A stretch of DNA of 64,000 nucleotides from an uncultured Anaerolineales bacterium (lineage in GTDB: Bacteria; Chloroflexota; Anaerolineae; B4-G1; SLSP01), in assembly GCA_964501335.1 (NCBI GenBank), contig CAZCTC010000010.1, positions 64,001 through 128,000 on the forward strand, given 5' to 3'. The notes under the pieces were generated by a model that did not search any database, was not told the origin of the DNA, and was given only the letters and a program-made list of their open reading frames with translations. Position numbers and translations under genes: made by a program. Below, in pieces: positions 8,479-18,294 of the stretch (within the stretch, counting starts at the first letter, position 1; each line of letters begins with the position of its first letter).

Positions 8479-8895
8479 ATGAGTGAATACAATCGGCGGA
8501 GACGGCCGCATCTGTTGGCGGGACGGAAGCCGGCGGATGAAGCGGCCCGGCGGCGTTATTATCGCCGGCCTACTCCTGCCGAAAGGGTGGGGGCAGATTT
8601 ATTCTTTTTTATCATGGGAGCCACATCCTTTGTGATTAAAGGGCTTTCGTTGATTTATCAAGACCGTGACTGGAGAATCACTGAGGTGGCGATCGGTGGG
8701 AGTGCAATTGTTATGTTATTGACCATTGAGCTGTCGAAGTCGAGCCGGCTTTTTGTTCTGGGAGTGTTTTGGGCGGTTTTGTCGGCCGTGGCTTTGGTAC
8801 GGATTGAGTCCTATGGAGAGTTGATCTATCTGGCCTTTTGCGGGCTTTTTTTGTTTGATCTGTTTTTGCTTCGCGATAAAGAATGGAATGAGTAG
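8479..8895 (+). CDS. hypothetical small membrane protein
   Basis: 138-aa ORF with an Arg-rich N-terminus and three hydrophobic helices. No recognisable family; start uncertain. Confidence 0.3.
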   Translation: MSEYNRRRRPHLLAGRKPADEAARRRYYRRPTPAERVGADLFFFIMGATSFVIKGLSLIYQDRDWRITEVAIGGSAIVMLLTIELSKSSRLFVLGVFWAVLSAVALVRIESYGELIYLAFCGLFLFDLFLLRDKEWNE

Positions 8896-9036
8896 AGAAA
8901 AAACCCTTTGCGTGCCATTTCAGGTGCGGAAAGTTTTAGAAGGCCAGTTCAGGGTGCCCACGCAGGGGCACCCCTACAGAGACCGTTTCCGGGTAGGGGC
9001 GGCCACATCGGGCCGCCCTTGATCCCAGAAAGACGG

Positions 9037-9807
<771 letters not shown>

Positions 9808-9808
9808 T

Positions 9809-10981
9809 TTATTTCTGCTCCAACAGAATGGTGATGCGGACGGTCATGCCCCAGCGCAGATCGGGATCGGGTTGATCGAGGGCGATGACGGTCTTGTAGA
9901 CAACATCTCCGCTGCTGATGGTTTCGCCGCGCAGGGCGACGGAGACGATATGGCCGGAAAGTTTCTTGTCGTCAAAGGCGGTCAGGGTGATCTGAGCCGG
10001 GTCGCCGGGTTTGATATGGGTAGCGCCCCATTCATCCAGATCGGTCGTTTCGATTTGCAGGGTGGAGAGGTCGGCCAGGACGGCGACGGCCGCGCCGGGT
10101 TGAGCCCAATCGCCCAGGCGCAGTTGCCGTTTGATGAGGGTGCCGGCAAAGGGGGCGCGGAGGGTGGCGGATGCCAGATCTTTTTGGGCCCGTTCGAGCA
10201 GCAGGGTCTTGACTTCGACGTCCAGGGTCAGGAGCGGATCGACGCCCCGTTCCAGTTCGGCCAGCTTGAGACGGGCGCGCTCGACATCGGTTTGAAGGGC
10301 GGCGGCGTCACGGCTGACGGCGGTCTGTTCGCCTTTGCGGGCATCGACGTTGGCCTGGGCGACGGCGAGATCCTGTTTGGCTTTGTTCCAGTTGTCGGTG
10401 TAGACATTCCGCACGTCTTCGGAGATCCATTCCCAGGGGCGATCCTGGGCCCGGGCGTAGGCGGTGGCGGCGTCGGCTTCGGCTTTGCGGGCGCGTTCCA
10501 GTTCGACTTCGGATTGGGTGAGGCTGGGGTAGCGGGCGGTGGTCTGGCCGACGCGGGCCTGGGCGCTGCGCAGAGAGAGTTGCGCGTCGCTGATGTCCTG
10601 GGTGTGATTGAGTTCGGCCTGGTGCAGTTTGGTTTCGGCGGAATCCAGGTCGGCCTGGGCCTGACGGACGGCGAATTCCAGCTGGGTGGTGTCGAGTTGG
10701 GCGATGGGATCCCCGGCTTTGACGGTGGCGCCTTCTTCGACCAGCCATTTGACGATCGGGCCGCTGCGGTCGAAGGCGAGGGAACTCCAGGCGGCGGGGA
10801 CGACTTCTCCCCGGGCGCGGACGGCCAGTTCAGCGGAGGGGGTGCCCTGGGGGGTGAGGGTGAGGGCGATGTTTTGCATGGCGGCGTTGCCGGCGGTTGA
10901 GAGCATGCTGCTGGCGGCGCATAAAACGATGGCCGCGATGAGAATTCCTCCGATGATGAATGCTAACTTCTTGGGTTTCAC
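9809..10981 (-). CDS. efflux transporter periplasmic adaptor subunit (HlyD/MacA family)
   Basis: 390 aa. N-terminal TM anchor, long coiled-coil (AQADLDSAETKLHQAEL...) and a C-terminal beta-barrel-like region. Confidence 0.85.
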   Translation of the reverse strand: MKPKKLAFIIGGILIAAIVLCAASSMLSTAGNAAMQNIALTLTPQGTPSAELAVRARGEVVPAAWSSLAFDRSGPIVKWLVEEGATVKAGDPIAQLDTTQLEFAVRQAQADLDSAETKLHQAELNHTQDISDAQLSLRSAQARVGQTTARYPSLTQSEVELERARKAEADAATAYARAQDRPWEWISEDVRNVYTDNWNKAKQDLAVAQANVDARKGEQTAVSRDAAALQTDVERARLKLAELERGVDPLLTLDVEVKTLLLERAQKDLASATLRAPFAGTLIKRQLRLGDWAQPGAAVAVLADLSTLQIETTDLDEWGATHIKPGDPAQITLTAFDDKKLSGHIVSVALRGETISSGDVVYKTVIALDQPDPDLRWGMTVRITILLEQK

Positions 10982-11130
10982 GGTTCCTCCTTATTTATTC
11001 GTTTTTTCGGCCGAAGGCCGAAAAAACGCTACTTCTGATTTTTGATACTGCCCTGCACCTGAAGCTTTGTTTTTCAGATACGACGCGCTGGATGGGGGGA
11101 GAGTTATTTTGTGTATGGTTTTTTCTTTTT

Positions 11131-13446
11131 TTACTCGGCGTGAAGGGCGATGGCCGGGTCGAGTCGGGCGGCGGTGCGGGCAGGCAGGATTCCGGCGACC
11201 ATGCCTAAGACGATGCTGAAGATGAAGGCGCCCAGGACCAGGCGGGGGGAGAGGTTGAGCATGGTGAGGCCCAGGGAGGCCTGTAGCTGGATGTTGACCA
11301 GGATGACGGTGATCCAGGAGACGACCAGGCCGACGGCGCCGCCCAGGGCGCCGAGTTTGGCAGCGTCGAGGAGCACTTCGGCCAGGATGTCACCGTCATC
11401 GGCACCGACGGCTTTTTTCAGGCCGATTTCCCAGGTGCGCTCTTTGACGGAAATGACCATGGTATTGATGACGGAGACGGCTCCGACAAAGACGGCGATA
11501 GAGAAGATCCCGGCCATGACGGCGATCAGGGTCATGAAGACCTGCTGCAGGTTGCCGAAGATATCGGTGACGGTCTGGACCTGGAGGCCGGGCAGCTCTT
11601 CGCTGATCAGTTTTTTGAAGGATTCCGGCGAGACTCCGGGCTGAGCGCGGACGGAGAGGGCGCCGAGCTCGCTGTTGGCATCGGTCACGGAGACCAGGCC
11701 GTTGATCGACATGTAAGCCGCGGTGTTGTAGCCGCCAAAGTCGTAGGGGACAAAGTCCCAGATGCCGACGATGGTGATTTCTCGTTCTTTCTGTCCTACC
11801 CGGATGCGATCGCCGACGTGTAGATTGTTGACCTGGGCGAGGGAGGCGCCGACCATCATTTCGGTAGCGCTGCCGGGGGCATATTTCCGTCCGGAGGCGA
11901 CCCGGATATCCATCGGCATGTCGAAGCTGAAGTTGCCCAGTTCTGAATTGTTGGCCCAGATTTGGACTTCTTTCATCTCTTTGTCGTCGGTGCCGAAATA
12001 GATCGGGACCTGGCGGGAGTTGAAGCGCATCACTTCGGCGACGCCGGGGAAGTTGCGCAGGACGCGGGCGGTGGATTCGCCCATCGGGACGCCGGCTTTC
12101 TCAGGCTGCAAGAAGAGCATGTCCTGGGTGCCGTTGGTGACATCGTTGAGGGCGGTGTTCATTCCTTCGGCGAGGCTGCCCAGAGCGGCGATGGCGAAGA
12201 TGCCGATGGCGATCCCGCCGGCGGTGAGGATGGGGCGGAGGTTGCGGCGCAGAAGGTAGAAGAGGCGTTTGAGGCCGTGGGCGGCATAGCCGCCGGTGCT
12301 GCCGCCGCGCAGGGCGACTACCGGATCAAGCCGGGCGGCCTGTAAGGCGGGATAAATTCCGGCCAGGACTCCCATGACGGTGCTGAAGGCGACGACGCCG
12401 ACGGCCAGTCGAGGGGTCAGCAGAAAGAGTTTCGAGCCTATCTGGGCGATCAGGGCCTGGTTGGCGAGCATACCGCAGAGGGCTCCTACCAGCATGCCCG
12501 ACAAGCCTCCCAGCCCGGCGATCAGGACGGCTTCGGCGATCACTTCGGAGAGGATGTGGCTGTCTTCTGCGCCCAGGGCTTTTTTCAGGCCGATTTCACG
12601 GCGGCGTTCGTGGACGCTGACGGCCATGGTGTTGACGATGGTGAAGGTGCCGATCAACAGGGAGAGAATCCCACTGGCGCCGATGATGAGGGTGAAGATC
12701 AGGACCTGCTGGCGGGCCTGTTCGACCATGGCTTTGGGCGAGGTAGCGGTGATATCGCTGACTTCGGTTTCGATCTTTTTAGCGACGGCTTCCAGATCGG
12801 CTCCCGGTTGGGGGACGACGCTGACGACCTGAGCTCCGCCGGCTATGAAGACATCCCGGCCCAGCAGGTCTTCGGCGGCTTCGTAGCTGATGTAGGCGGT
12901 GCGGCCACCGACGGTCGGTTCGGATTCCCAGATGCCGACGATTTTGAAGGCGCGGTCGCGGATTTCCAGCAGTTGGCCGACTTCCAGGTGGCGGGCCTGG
13001 GCAAGGCCCCAGGAGACGACCGTTTCGGTCCGGCTGCCGGGATCGGGAATACGGCCGGCATAGAGTTTCAGTCCGCTCATCGGGGGCTCAAATTCCAGGC
13101 CGGGGATGTCGGAGCGGGTGCCGATAAAGGATTCCGGATTGACGGAGATCGTGGCGACATTTTCTTCCGGTTTGGCGATGTTGGCGACGATGGAAACGGT
13201 CAGTCCACGCACTCCGGGAATCCGGCGGATGACACTCATGGCCGATTCGGAGATCGGTTTCGAGTAGTCTTTGGTCATAACAGAGATGCGGGTTTGGGCA
13301 TCATTTCCGGTGAGTTGAATGAGGTCTTCCATCTGTTCCGTGATACCGCCGACCATGGTGACGGCGAAGATGCCGACCGCCACCGCAAACATAGTCAGGG
13401 CCGTGCGCATTTTGCGCCGCAGCAGATAGCGGATAATTTCGTTCAT
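11131..13446 (-). CDS. ABC transporter permease with duplicated FtsX/MacB-type domains
   Basis: Two repeats of TM helix + large periplasmic domain + 3-TM FtsX bundle. The start is assigned at MNEIIRYLLRRKMR, the typical FtsX N-terminus; the annotated ORF extends to 13542. Confidence 0.8.
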   Translation of the reverse strand: MNEIIRYLLRRKMRTALTMFAVAVGIFAVTMVGGITEQMEDLIQLTGNDAQTRISVMTKDYSKPISESAMSVIRRIPGVRGLTVSIVANIAKPEENVATISVNPESFIGTRSDIPGLEFEPPMSGLKLYAGRIPDPGSRTETVVSWGLAQARHLEVGQLLEIRDRAFKIVGIWESEPTVGGRTAYISYEAAEDLLGRDVFIAGGAQVVSVVPQPGADLEAVAKKIETEVSDITATSPKAMVEQARQQVLIFTLIIGASGILSLLIGTFTIVNTMAVSVHERRREIGLKKALGAEDSHILSEVIAEAVLIAGLGGLSGMLVGALCGMLANQALIAQIGSKLFLLTPRLAVGVVAFSTVMGVLAGIYPALQAARLDPVVALRGGSTGGYAAHGLKRLFYLLRRNLRPILTAGGIAIGIFAIAALGSLAEGMNTALNDVTNGTQDMLFLQPEKAGVPMGESTARVLRNFPGVAEVMRFNSRQVPIYFGTDDKEMKEVQIWANNSELGNFSFDMPMDIRVASGRKYAPGSATEMMVGASLAQVNNLHVGDRIRVGQKEREITIVGIWDFVPYDFGGYNTAAYMSINGLVSVTDANSELGALSVRAQPGVSPESFKKLISEELPGLQVQTVTDIFGNLQQVFMTLIAVMAGIFSIAVFVGAVSVINTMVISVKERTWEIGLKKAVGADDGDILAEVLLDAAKLGALGGAVGLVVSWITVILVNIQLQASLGLTMLNLSPRLVLGAFIFSIVLGMVAGILPARTAARLDPAIALHAE

Positions 13447-13656
13447 AAGGATTCCTGTCTGGTCCAGTTTTTTAAGGGAAAGGCATTTATAGGAAACGCG
13501 CGAAAACAAGAGCTTTTTTATTGGACGGTGTAAGGATACCACGAGGAGTAGTTTTTGCCATCGGACCGGGGGCGGGTTTTGAATCCGCCTGGAGACCGGC
13601 CTGTAACAGGGCTGGAGATGGATATTTTACAGAGAAGAATTTTCTCGGCGGTTTTT

Positions 13657-14106
13657 TCAGGGTAGTTTTTTGGGCAAATCGATGATTCCGAGCCAGAAAT
13701 TCCCCAGAATTTTGACTATTTTGACCAGAGAATCGAAGGTGATCGGTTTGGTGATATAGGCATTGGCGCCGAGATTGTAACTTTGCTGGAGATCTTTTTC
13801 GGCGTGGGAAGATGTGATGATAACGATCGGAATGGAGTTGAATTCAGGGTCGTTTTTAAGTTCGAGCAACGTTTCCCGCCCGTCTTTGCGCGGCATGTTC
13901 AAATCCATTAAAACCAGATCGGGCCGCCTGGGGGGGGCGGCGGCATAGGTTCCCTGTCCACGCAGGTAATCGAGCAGGGCTTCCCCGTTATCCACAAATT
14001 CCAGGGCGATGTTGATATCAGATTTTGCAAGGGCTTCCTGCGTTAACAGGCGATCGTCAGGATCGTCTTCTGCCATCAGAATGAGTAATTTAGAGTGCTC
14101 AGTCAT
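13657..14106 (-). CDS. response regulator, receiver domain only (CheY-like)
   Basis: 149 aa. Acid pocket EDDPDD and phospho-acceptor in VLMDLNMP. Overlaps the histidine kinase gene by 8 nt. Confidence 0.85.
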   Translation of the reverse strand: MTEHSKLLILMAEDDPDDRLLTQEALAKSDINIALEFVDNGEALLDYLRGQGTYAAAPPRRPDLVLMDLNMPRKDGRETLLELKNDPEFNSIPIVIITSSHAEKDLQQSYNLGANAYITKPITFDSLVKIVKILGNFWLGIIDLPKKLP

Positions 14107-16090
14107 GGAAACTTCCTCCAGGGTGATTTTTTATTGTGTAGATGTGACCGGCCGGGAGTGTGATGATAAAACGAGAACCCTGTCCTGGAATACTGTGAGC
14201 GGTAATTGCTCCTGCATGGCGTTCCACAATTTTGTGGCAGATTGAGAGCCCCATGCCGACGCCGGCGAATTCTTCCCGGGTATGCAGACGTTGGAAGGGT
14301 TGGAAGATGCGATCCAGATACTTTTCGTCGAATCCAATGCCGTTATCGGCGACAACGATCTGGACCTTTTCCGGGTTTTGAGCCGGGTGGACGGCAATTT
14401 CGATGTGGGGGGGAGTATTTGGGCGATGAAATTTCAAGGCATTGCCGATCAAATTTTGGAAGAGCCGGCGCATTTGACCGGGATCGGCGATAACGGTAGG
14501 GAGTTCGCTGATTTCAATTTTGCCACCGGTTTCTGCGATGGGGATTTCCAGATCGACTAAAAGTTCTTCGATCAGGGGCGTCAGCTGGACGGGGACCAGC
14601 GGTTGGGCCTGGGTGGTGATTTGTGTATAGAGCAGTAACTCATCGATCAGTTGCTGCATTCGTTGGGCGGCATTCTGCATGCGTTTCAGATAATCGAGTT
14701 CCTGGATATCGAGGCGCTCTCCGGCGCGGTTTTCCAGGCGTTCTCCAAAGATGCGAATTTTGCGCAGTGGTTCCTGGAGATCGTGAGAGGCGATGCGGGT
14801 GAAATCTTCCATTTCGGCATTGGCGATGCTTAATTCCAGGGCTTTTTGGGCCAGAGCTTCTTCGCTGAGTTTACGATCAGTGATATTTTCATGGGCGATG
14901 ACCACATAAATGCCTTGAGGCCCCTGAAAACGGGTGGCGTGCATGGTAAACCAGCGTTTTTTTAAGGGGGCATGGCAGGGATATTCGACAGAGAATTCGG
15001 GAATCTCATTTGCAATAAGGCGTCTAATTCCGGTCGCTGTAGAGGCAGCTTCTTCATCCCAGGGGGGACAGGCGTTATCGCAGACCAGCAAATAGTTTCG
15101 TCCCAGGCCGTAATCAACCCAGCCCAGGTTGTTTTCATCGGCAAATTGTTTCCAGGAAGTGTTTACTGCCCGAATTGTGCCGGAAGCGTCGAGGATGGCG
15201 ATCTGTGCGATCAGGGAATCCAGTGTGGATTGGACGAATTGTTGGGATTCTTGAAGTTCGTCGGTTGTTTTTTTTAGATGAAGGTTTTGTTCGCGTAATT
15301 TTTCCCGATTGAGGAAGAGATCCTGGAAGATCACTTTGTAGGGATTCCGGAGGCTGGATTCGACCACGGATTTATAAAGGCTTATGGTAGCGATCAATTT
15401 GAGGATATGGCCTCCCATGTTGAAGAGGTCATAGACATCGGTGTAGACGCTAAAAGCGAGTTCGGCCAGGATAGAAAATAAAACAAAGATCTGGATGTCG
15501 CGCATTTCAACATGGATAGCTTCGAGTTCTTTTTTGATGCTCCAGATTTTGGGGAAAGTGGAGAGCAGCAGCAACATAATGACGATTTCGCTGCTTTTTT
15601 TAAACCAGGTCAGTCCTTCTCCTTCGATATAACAGGCCGGGAAATTTCCGGTGAAAATGGCAATCAGCAGCAGGCTGCCGGTCAGGGTGTATCCTCCCAG
15701 GGTCAGGGGGGGGGAGATTTTGTGCACGGGGAGATAGAATGCCGCCCAGACAGAGATGCTGCAAAGGAACTGGCCGGCGATCCAGAGTTGAGTGGGGAGA
15801 TTGGGGGTGGAATTGTAGAAAATCGGCATGCCTTTATAGGCGAGCAGATGCAGGGCGTGAAACAGGCCGATGAAAAGATAGGCTATGCCTAAAAAGCGCA
15901 GGATGGGGTTTTGGATCATCTGGCGGGTGTTCCAGATGATGATAAAGATACCACCGGCCACGAACACGACAAACATTTCCACCAGGGAATGGAAGAGCAG
16001 GTAATTGTAAATTTTGCTCAGGTAGAGCCCGGTGAGAAGTCCCAGGATTTTTAATAAATCCAGCCCGTAGTGGCGAATGTGAGCGTTCAT
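14099..16090 (-). CDS. sensor histidine kinase with a multi-TM N-terminal sensor, PAS, HisKA and HATPase_c domains
   Basis: Around 7 N-terminal TM helices. H-box ASHDLQEPLRKI, N-box LIGNALKFH, G-boxes DNGIGFD and GVGMGLSI. Confidence 0.85.
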   Translation of the reverse strand: MNAHIRHYGLDLLKILGLLTGLYLSKIYNYLLFHSLVEMFVVFVAGGIFIIIWNTRQMIQNPILRFLGIAYLFIGLFHALHLLAYKGMPIFYNSTPNLPTQLWIAGQFLCSISVWAAFYLPVHKISPPLTLGGYTLTGSLLLIAIFTGNFPACYIEGEGLTWFKKSSEIVIMLLLLSTFPKIWSIKKELEAIHVEMRDIQIFVLFSILAELAFSVYTDVYDLFNMGGHILKLIATISLYKSVVESSLRNPYKVIFQDLFLNREKLREQNLHLKKTTDELQESQQFVQSTLDSLIAQIAILDASGTIRAVNTSWKQFADENNLGWVDYGLGRNYLLVCDNACPPWDEEAASTATGIRRLIANEIPEFSVEYPCHAPLKKRWFTMHATRFQGPQGIYVVIAHENITDRKLSEEALAQKALELSIANAEMEDFTRIASHDLQEPLRKIRIFGERLENRAGERLDIQELDYLKRMQNAAQRMQQLIDELLLYTQITTQAQPLVPVQLTPLIEELLVDLEIPIAETGGKIEISELPTVIADPGQMRRLFQNLIGNALKFHRPNTPPHIEIAVHPAQNPEKVQIVVADNGIGFDEKYLDRIFQPFQRLHTREEFAGVGMGLSICHKIVERHAGAITAHSIPGQGSRFIITLPAGHIYTIKNHPGGSFHD

Positions 16091-16113
16091 AGTTTTGTTT
16101 TTCCTGTAGATTT

Positions 16114-18105
16114 TCAGGAACGATCAGTAGTGACCGAGGTGATTGTAGTATTTTTCAGAATATGAGCAATTTCCTGGCGTATCAGGGGGTCCCGATCGTG
16201 GCTTAAGAGTTGCAGGGCTTGAAGGGCGGCCGGATCGGGGATACGAGCCAGAATGTGGACGGCCAGACGCCGGAAATGGGGATTAAGGGCATGGCCTAAT
16301 CTTTCCAGGGCGGGAATTGCTTCGGGATTTTGGAGTGCGCCGAGGGCCTCGGCGGCGGCCATGATGAGCGGCAGGGATGTGGATTCCAGCATCAAGATTA
16401 AATCGGGGAGGACTTCCTGATCTTTTAGTTCACCCAGATTGCGGGCGGCGGTATAGCGGACCCATAACGATTCATCGTGTAGGGCGGTGCGCAGGGCCGG
16501 CAGGACATCGGGATGACGGGTGTGGGTCAGGGCACCGGTGGCCAGCTGGCGCACCTGCCAGTCGGGATCCTGCAAGGCGGCTTTCAAGGCCGGGATAATT
16601 TCACGGCCTGGGCGCCGGCTGAGCAGCCGCGCGGCCACGCGGCGGGTTTCCGGCAGGGGCGCCTGTAAGGCATCGAGGAGCAGGGAGAGAATTTGGGGGT
16701 GTTGCATTTGATCTAAAGTTTGTAAGGCCGCGGTGGCTACTTCGGGACTTTTATCGTGAATCATGACGGTGAGTTGGGGCAGGAGATCGGGATCGTTCAG
16801 CTGCCCCAGAATGCGGGCGACAGCGAGGCGCACCTGGGGGGCGGGATCTTGCAAGCTCGGGAAGATTTCTTTTCCGGAAACGGTGGGAACCGCAAAGGTC
16901 AGCGCCTGGGCGCAGTGGGTGCGAATGGTGGGATCGGGATTATTGAGGGCGGCGACCAACGGCGCGGTGATATGCAATCGGCCCAAAATCTCAGCCAGTT
17001 GGGGGCGGTTTTGGGGGGTAGCTTTCTGGAAGGCGGCGATCAAGCGGGTTTGGTCGGTGCTGCCGAGGCGTACCAGTGTTTGCAGGGCTGCCCGGGAAAC
17101 GATTTCGGAAGACCTTTCCAGGAAGGGCAAAATATGGGGGATGTCGGTTGCATTGCCGATCCAACCGATGGCGTTGAGGGTCAAGCCACAGAGAGAATCT
17201 TCCGGGGTTTTTAAGCCGGCAATAAGTCGGGGCCATAGTTGGGGATAATTCTGGATGTGGGTCAGCCATTGACTTTTGCAACGTTGATCCAACCGTCCCA
17301 GGGCAATGACCGTGGAGGCGACGATGGCCAGGTCTTTGTGATTGAGGTTGGGAAGCAGAATTGTGCCCGCGGCCGTGTCGCCTACCTGACCGATGGCTTC
17401 AATTAAGGGGCCCCGTAGATTGGAGGCATTTTCCAGATGTTTGAGCAGAGTGGGATAACAGATGGGGTCTCCGATTTTGCCCAGAGTTTCAATAATGGGA
17501 AGCTGAATCCATTCGTCGATATCGAGGATTTTCAGCAGTTCAGGAATGGCCCGGGGATCCCCAATTTTGCCCAGGGCTTCAACCGTACTATAGCGGATAT
17601 TGGGATTGATATCTTTTAACATGGCGAGCAGCGCCGGCACCGCTTCCCAGGCACCGATTTCGCCCAACATGGTGACGGCAAATTTTCGCCCGGACTCGTT
17701 GGATTGAGCGAGGCGTTCTTCCAGCAGGGGGAGCGCCCGGGAGTTTAATTTGATAAGCAGCTTGCGGGTCAGGGAGCGATAACTCGGTTCTTTGTGTTCC
17801 AGCAGTTCGGTTAGAAATACGGATGAGATTTCTTCTGCGTGTTCAGTTAAGAATTCGAGGGCCATTTTTTGAATTGTGGAATTGGAGTCGTTCAGAGCTT
17901 CCATAAAGAGAAGGGGAGCTAAGGGATCATCTGTAATGAGCAGTTCATGATACGCAGCAAGACGGTCATCTTCTTCAGGGGCATGAAGTCGAGCGTGTAA
18001 GTTCAGATATTCGGGTGAAATTTCAATCAGGTTTTTGATGTGGAAGGAGATCATCGACTTTTTGCTCCTGCTGAGTGCCACCGGGGGCGGTCTGGTTGGA
18101 ATCAA
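16114..18105 (-). CDS. HEAT-repeat (PBS-lyase type) protein
   Basis: 663 aa consisting almost entirely of about 30-aa repeats ending in the consensus LG.IGD..A.P.L...L.D. Confidence 0.8.
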   Translation of the reverse strand: MIPTRPPPVALSRSKKSMISFHIKNLIEISPEYLNLHARLHAPEEDDRLAAYHELLITDDPLAPLLFMEALNDSNSTIQKMALEFLTEHAEEISSVFLTELLEHKEPSYRSLTRKLLIKLNSRALPLLEERLAQSNESGRKFAVTMLGEIGAWEAVPALLAMLKDINPNIRYSTVEALGKIGDPRAIPELLKILDIDEWIQLPIIETLGKIGDPICYPTLLKHLENASNLRGPLIEAIGQVGDTAAGTILLPNLNHKDLAIVASTVIALGRLDQRCKSQWLTHIQNYPQLWPRLIAGLKTPEDSLCGLTLNAIGWIGNATDIPHILPFLERSSEIVSRAALQTLVRLGSTDQTRLIAAFQKATPQNRPQLAEILGRLHITAPLVAALNNPDPTIRTHCAQALTFAVPTVSGKEIFPSLQDPAPQVRLAVARILGQLNDPDLLPQLTVMIHDKSPEVATAALQTLDQMQHPQILSLLLDALQAPLPETRRVAARLLSRRPGREIIPALKAALQDPDWQVRQLATGALTHTRHPDVLPALRTALHDESLWVRYTAARNLGELKDQEVLPDLILMLESTSLPLIMAAAEALGALQNPEAIPALERLGHALNPHFRRLAVHILARIPDPAALQALQLLSHDRDPLIRQEIAHILKNTTITSVTTDRS

Positions 18106-18294
18106 GTCAATTTTTCAGCTACTTTAATCATAAATAAAAAAGGCCGGGTGATTGTTGGGGTTGTGTTAGGACTTCGTTGTGGTTTTGTTGGTAGGCATGT
18201 TTGTAACTTGAGCTAAAATGGTAGATACCAATTTTGGGTTGAATTTGGATTGTCCCGTGAGGTTGAAATCAAGATAGTAAGAAAGGTTGAACCC

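Noticed and set aside
12556-13533. 325-aa plus-strand Gly/Asp-rich ORF
   Set aside because: Antisense to the FtsX permease gene.
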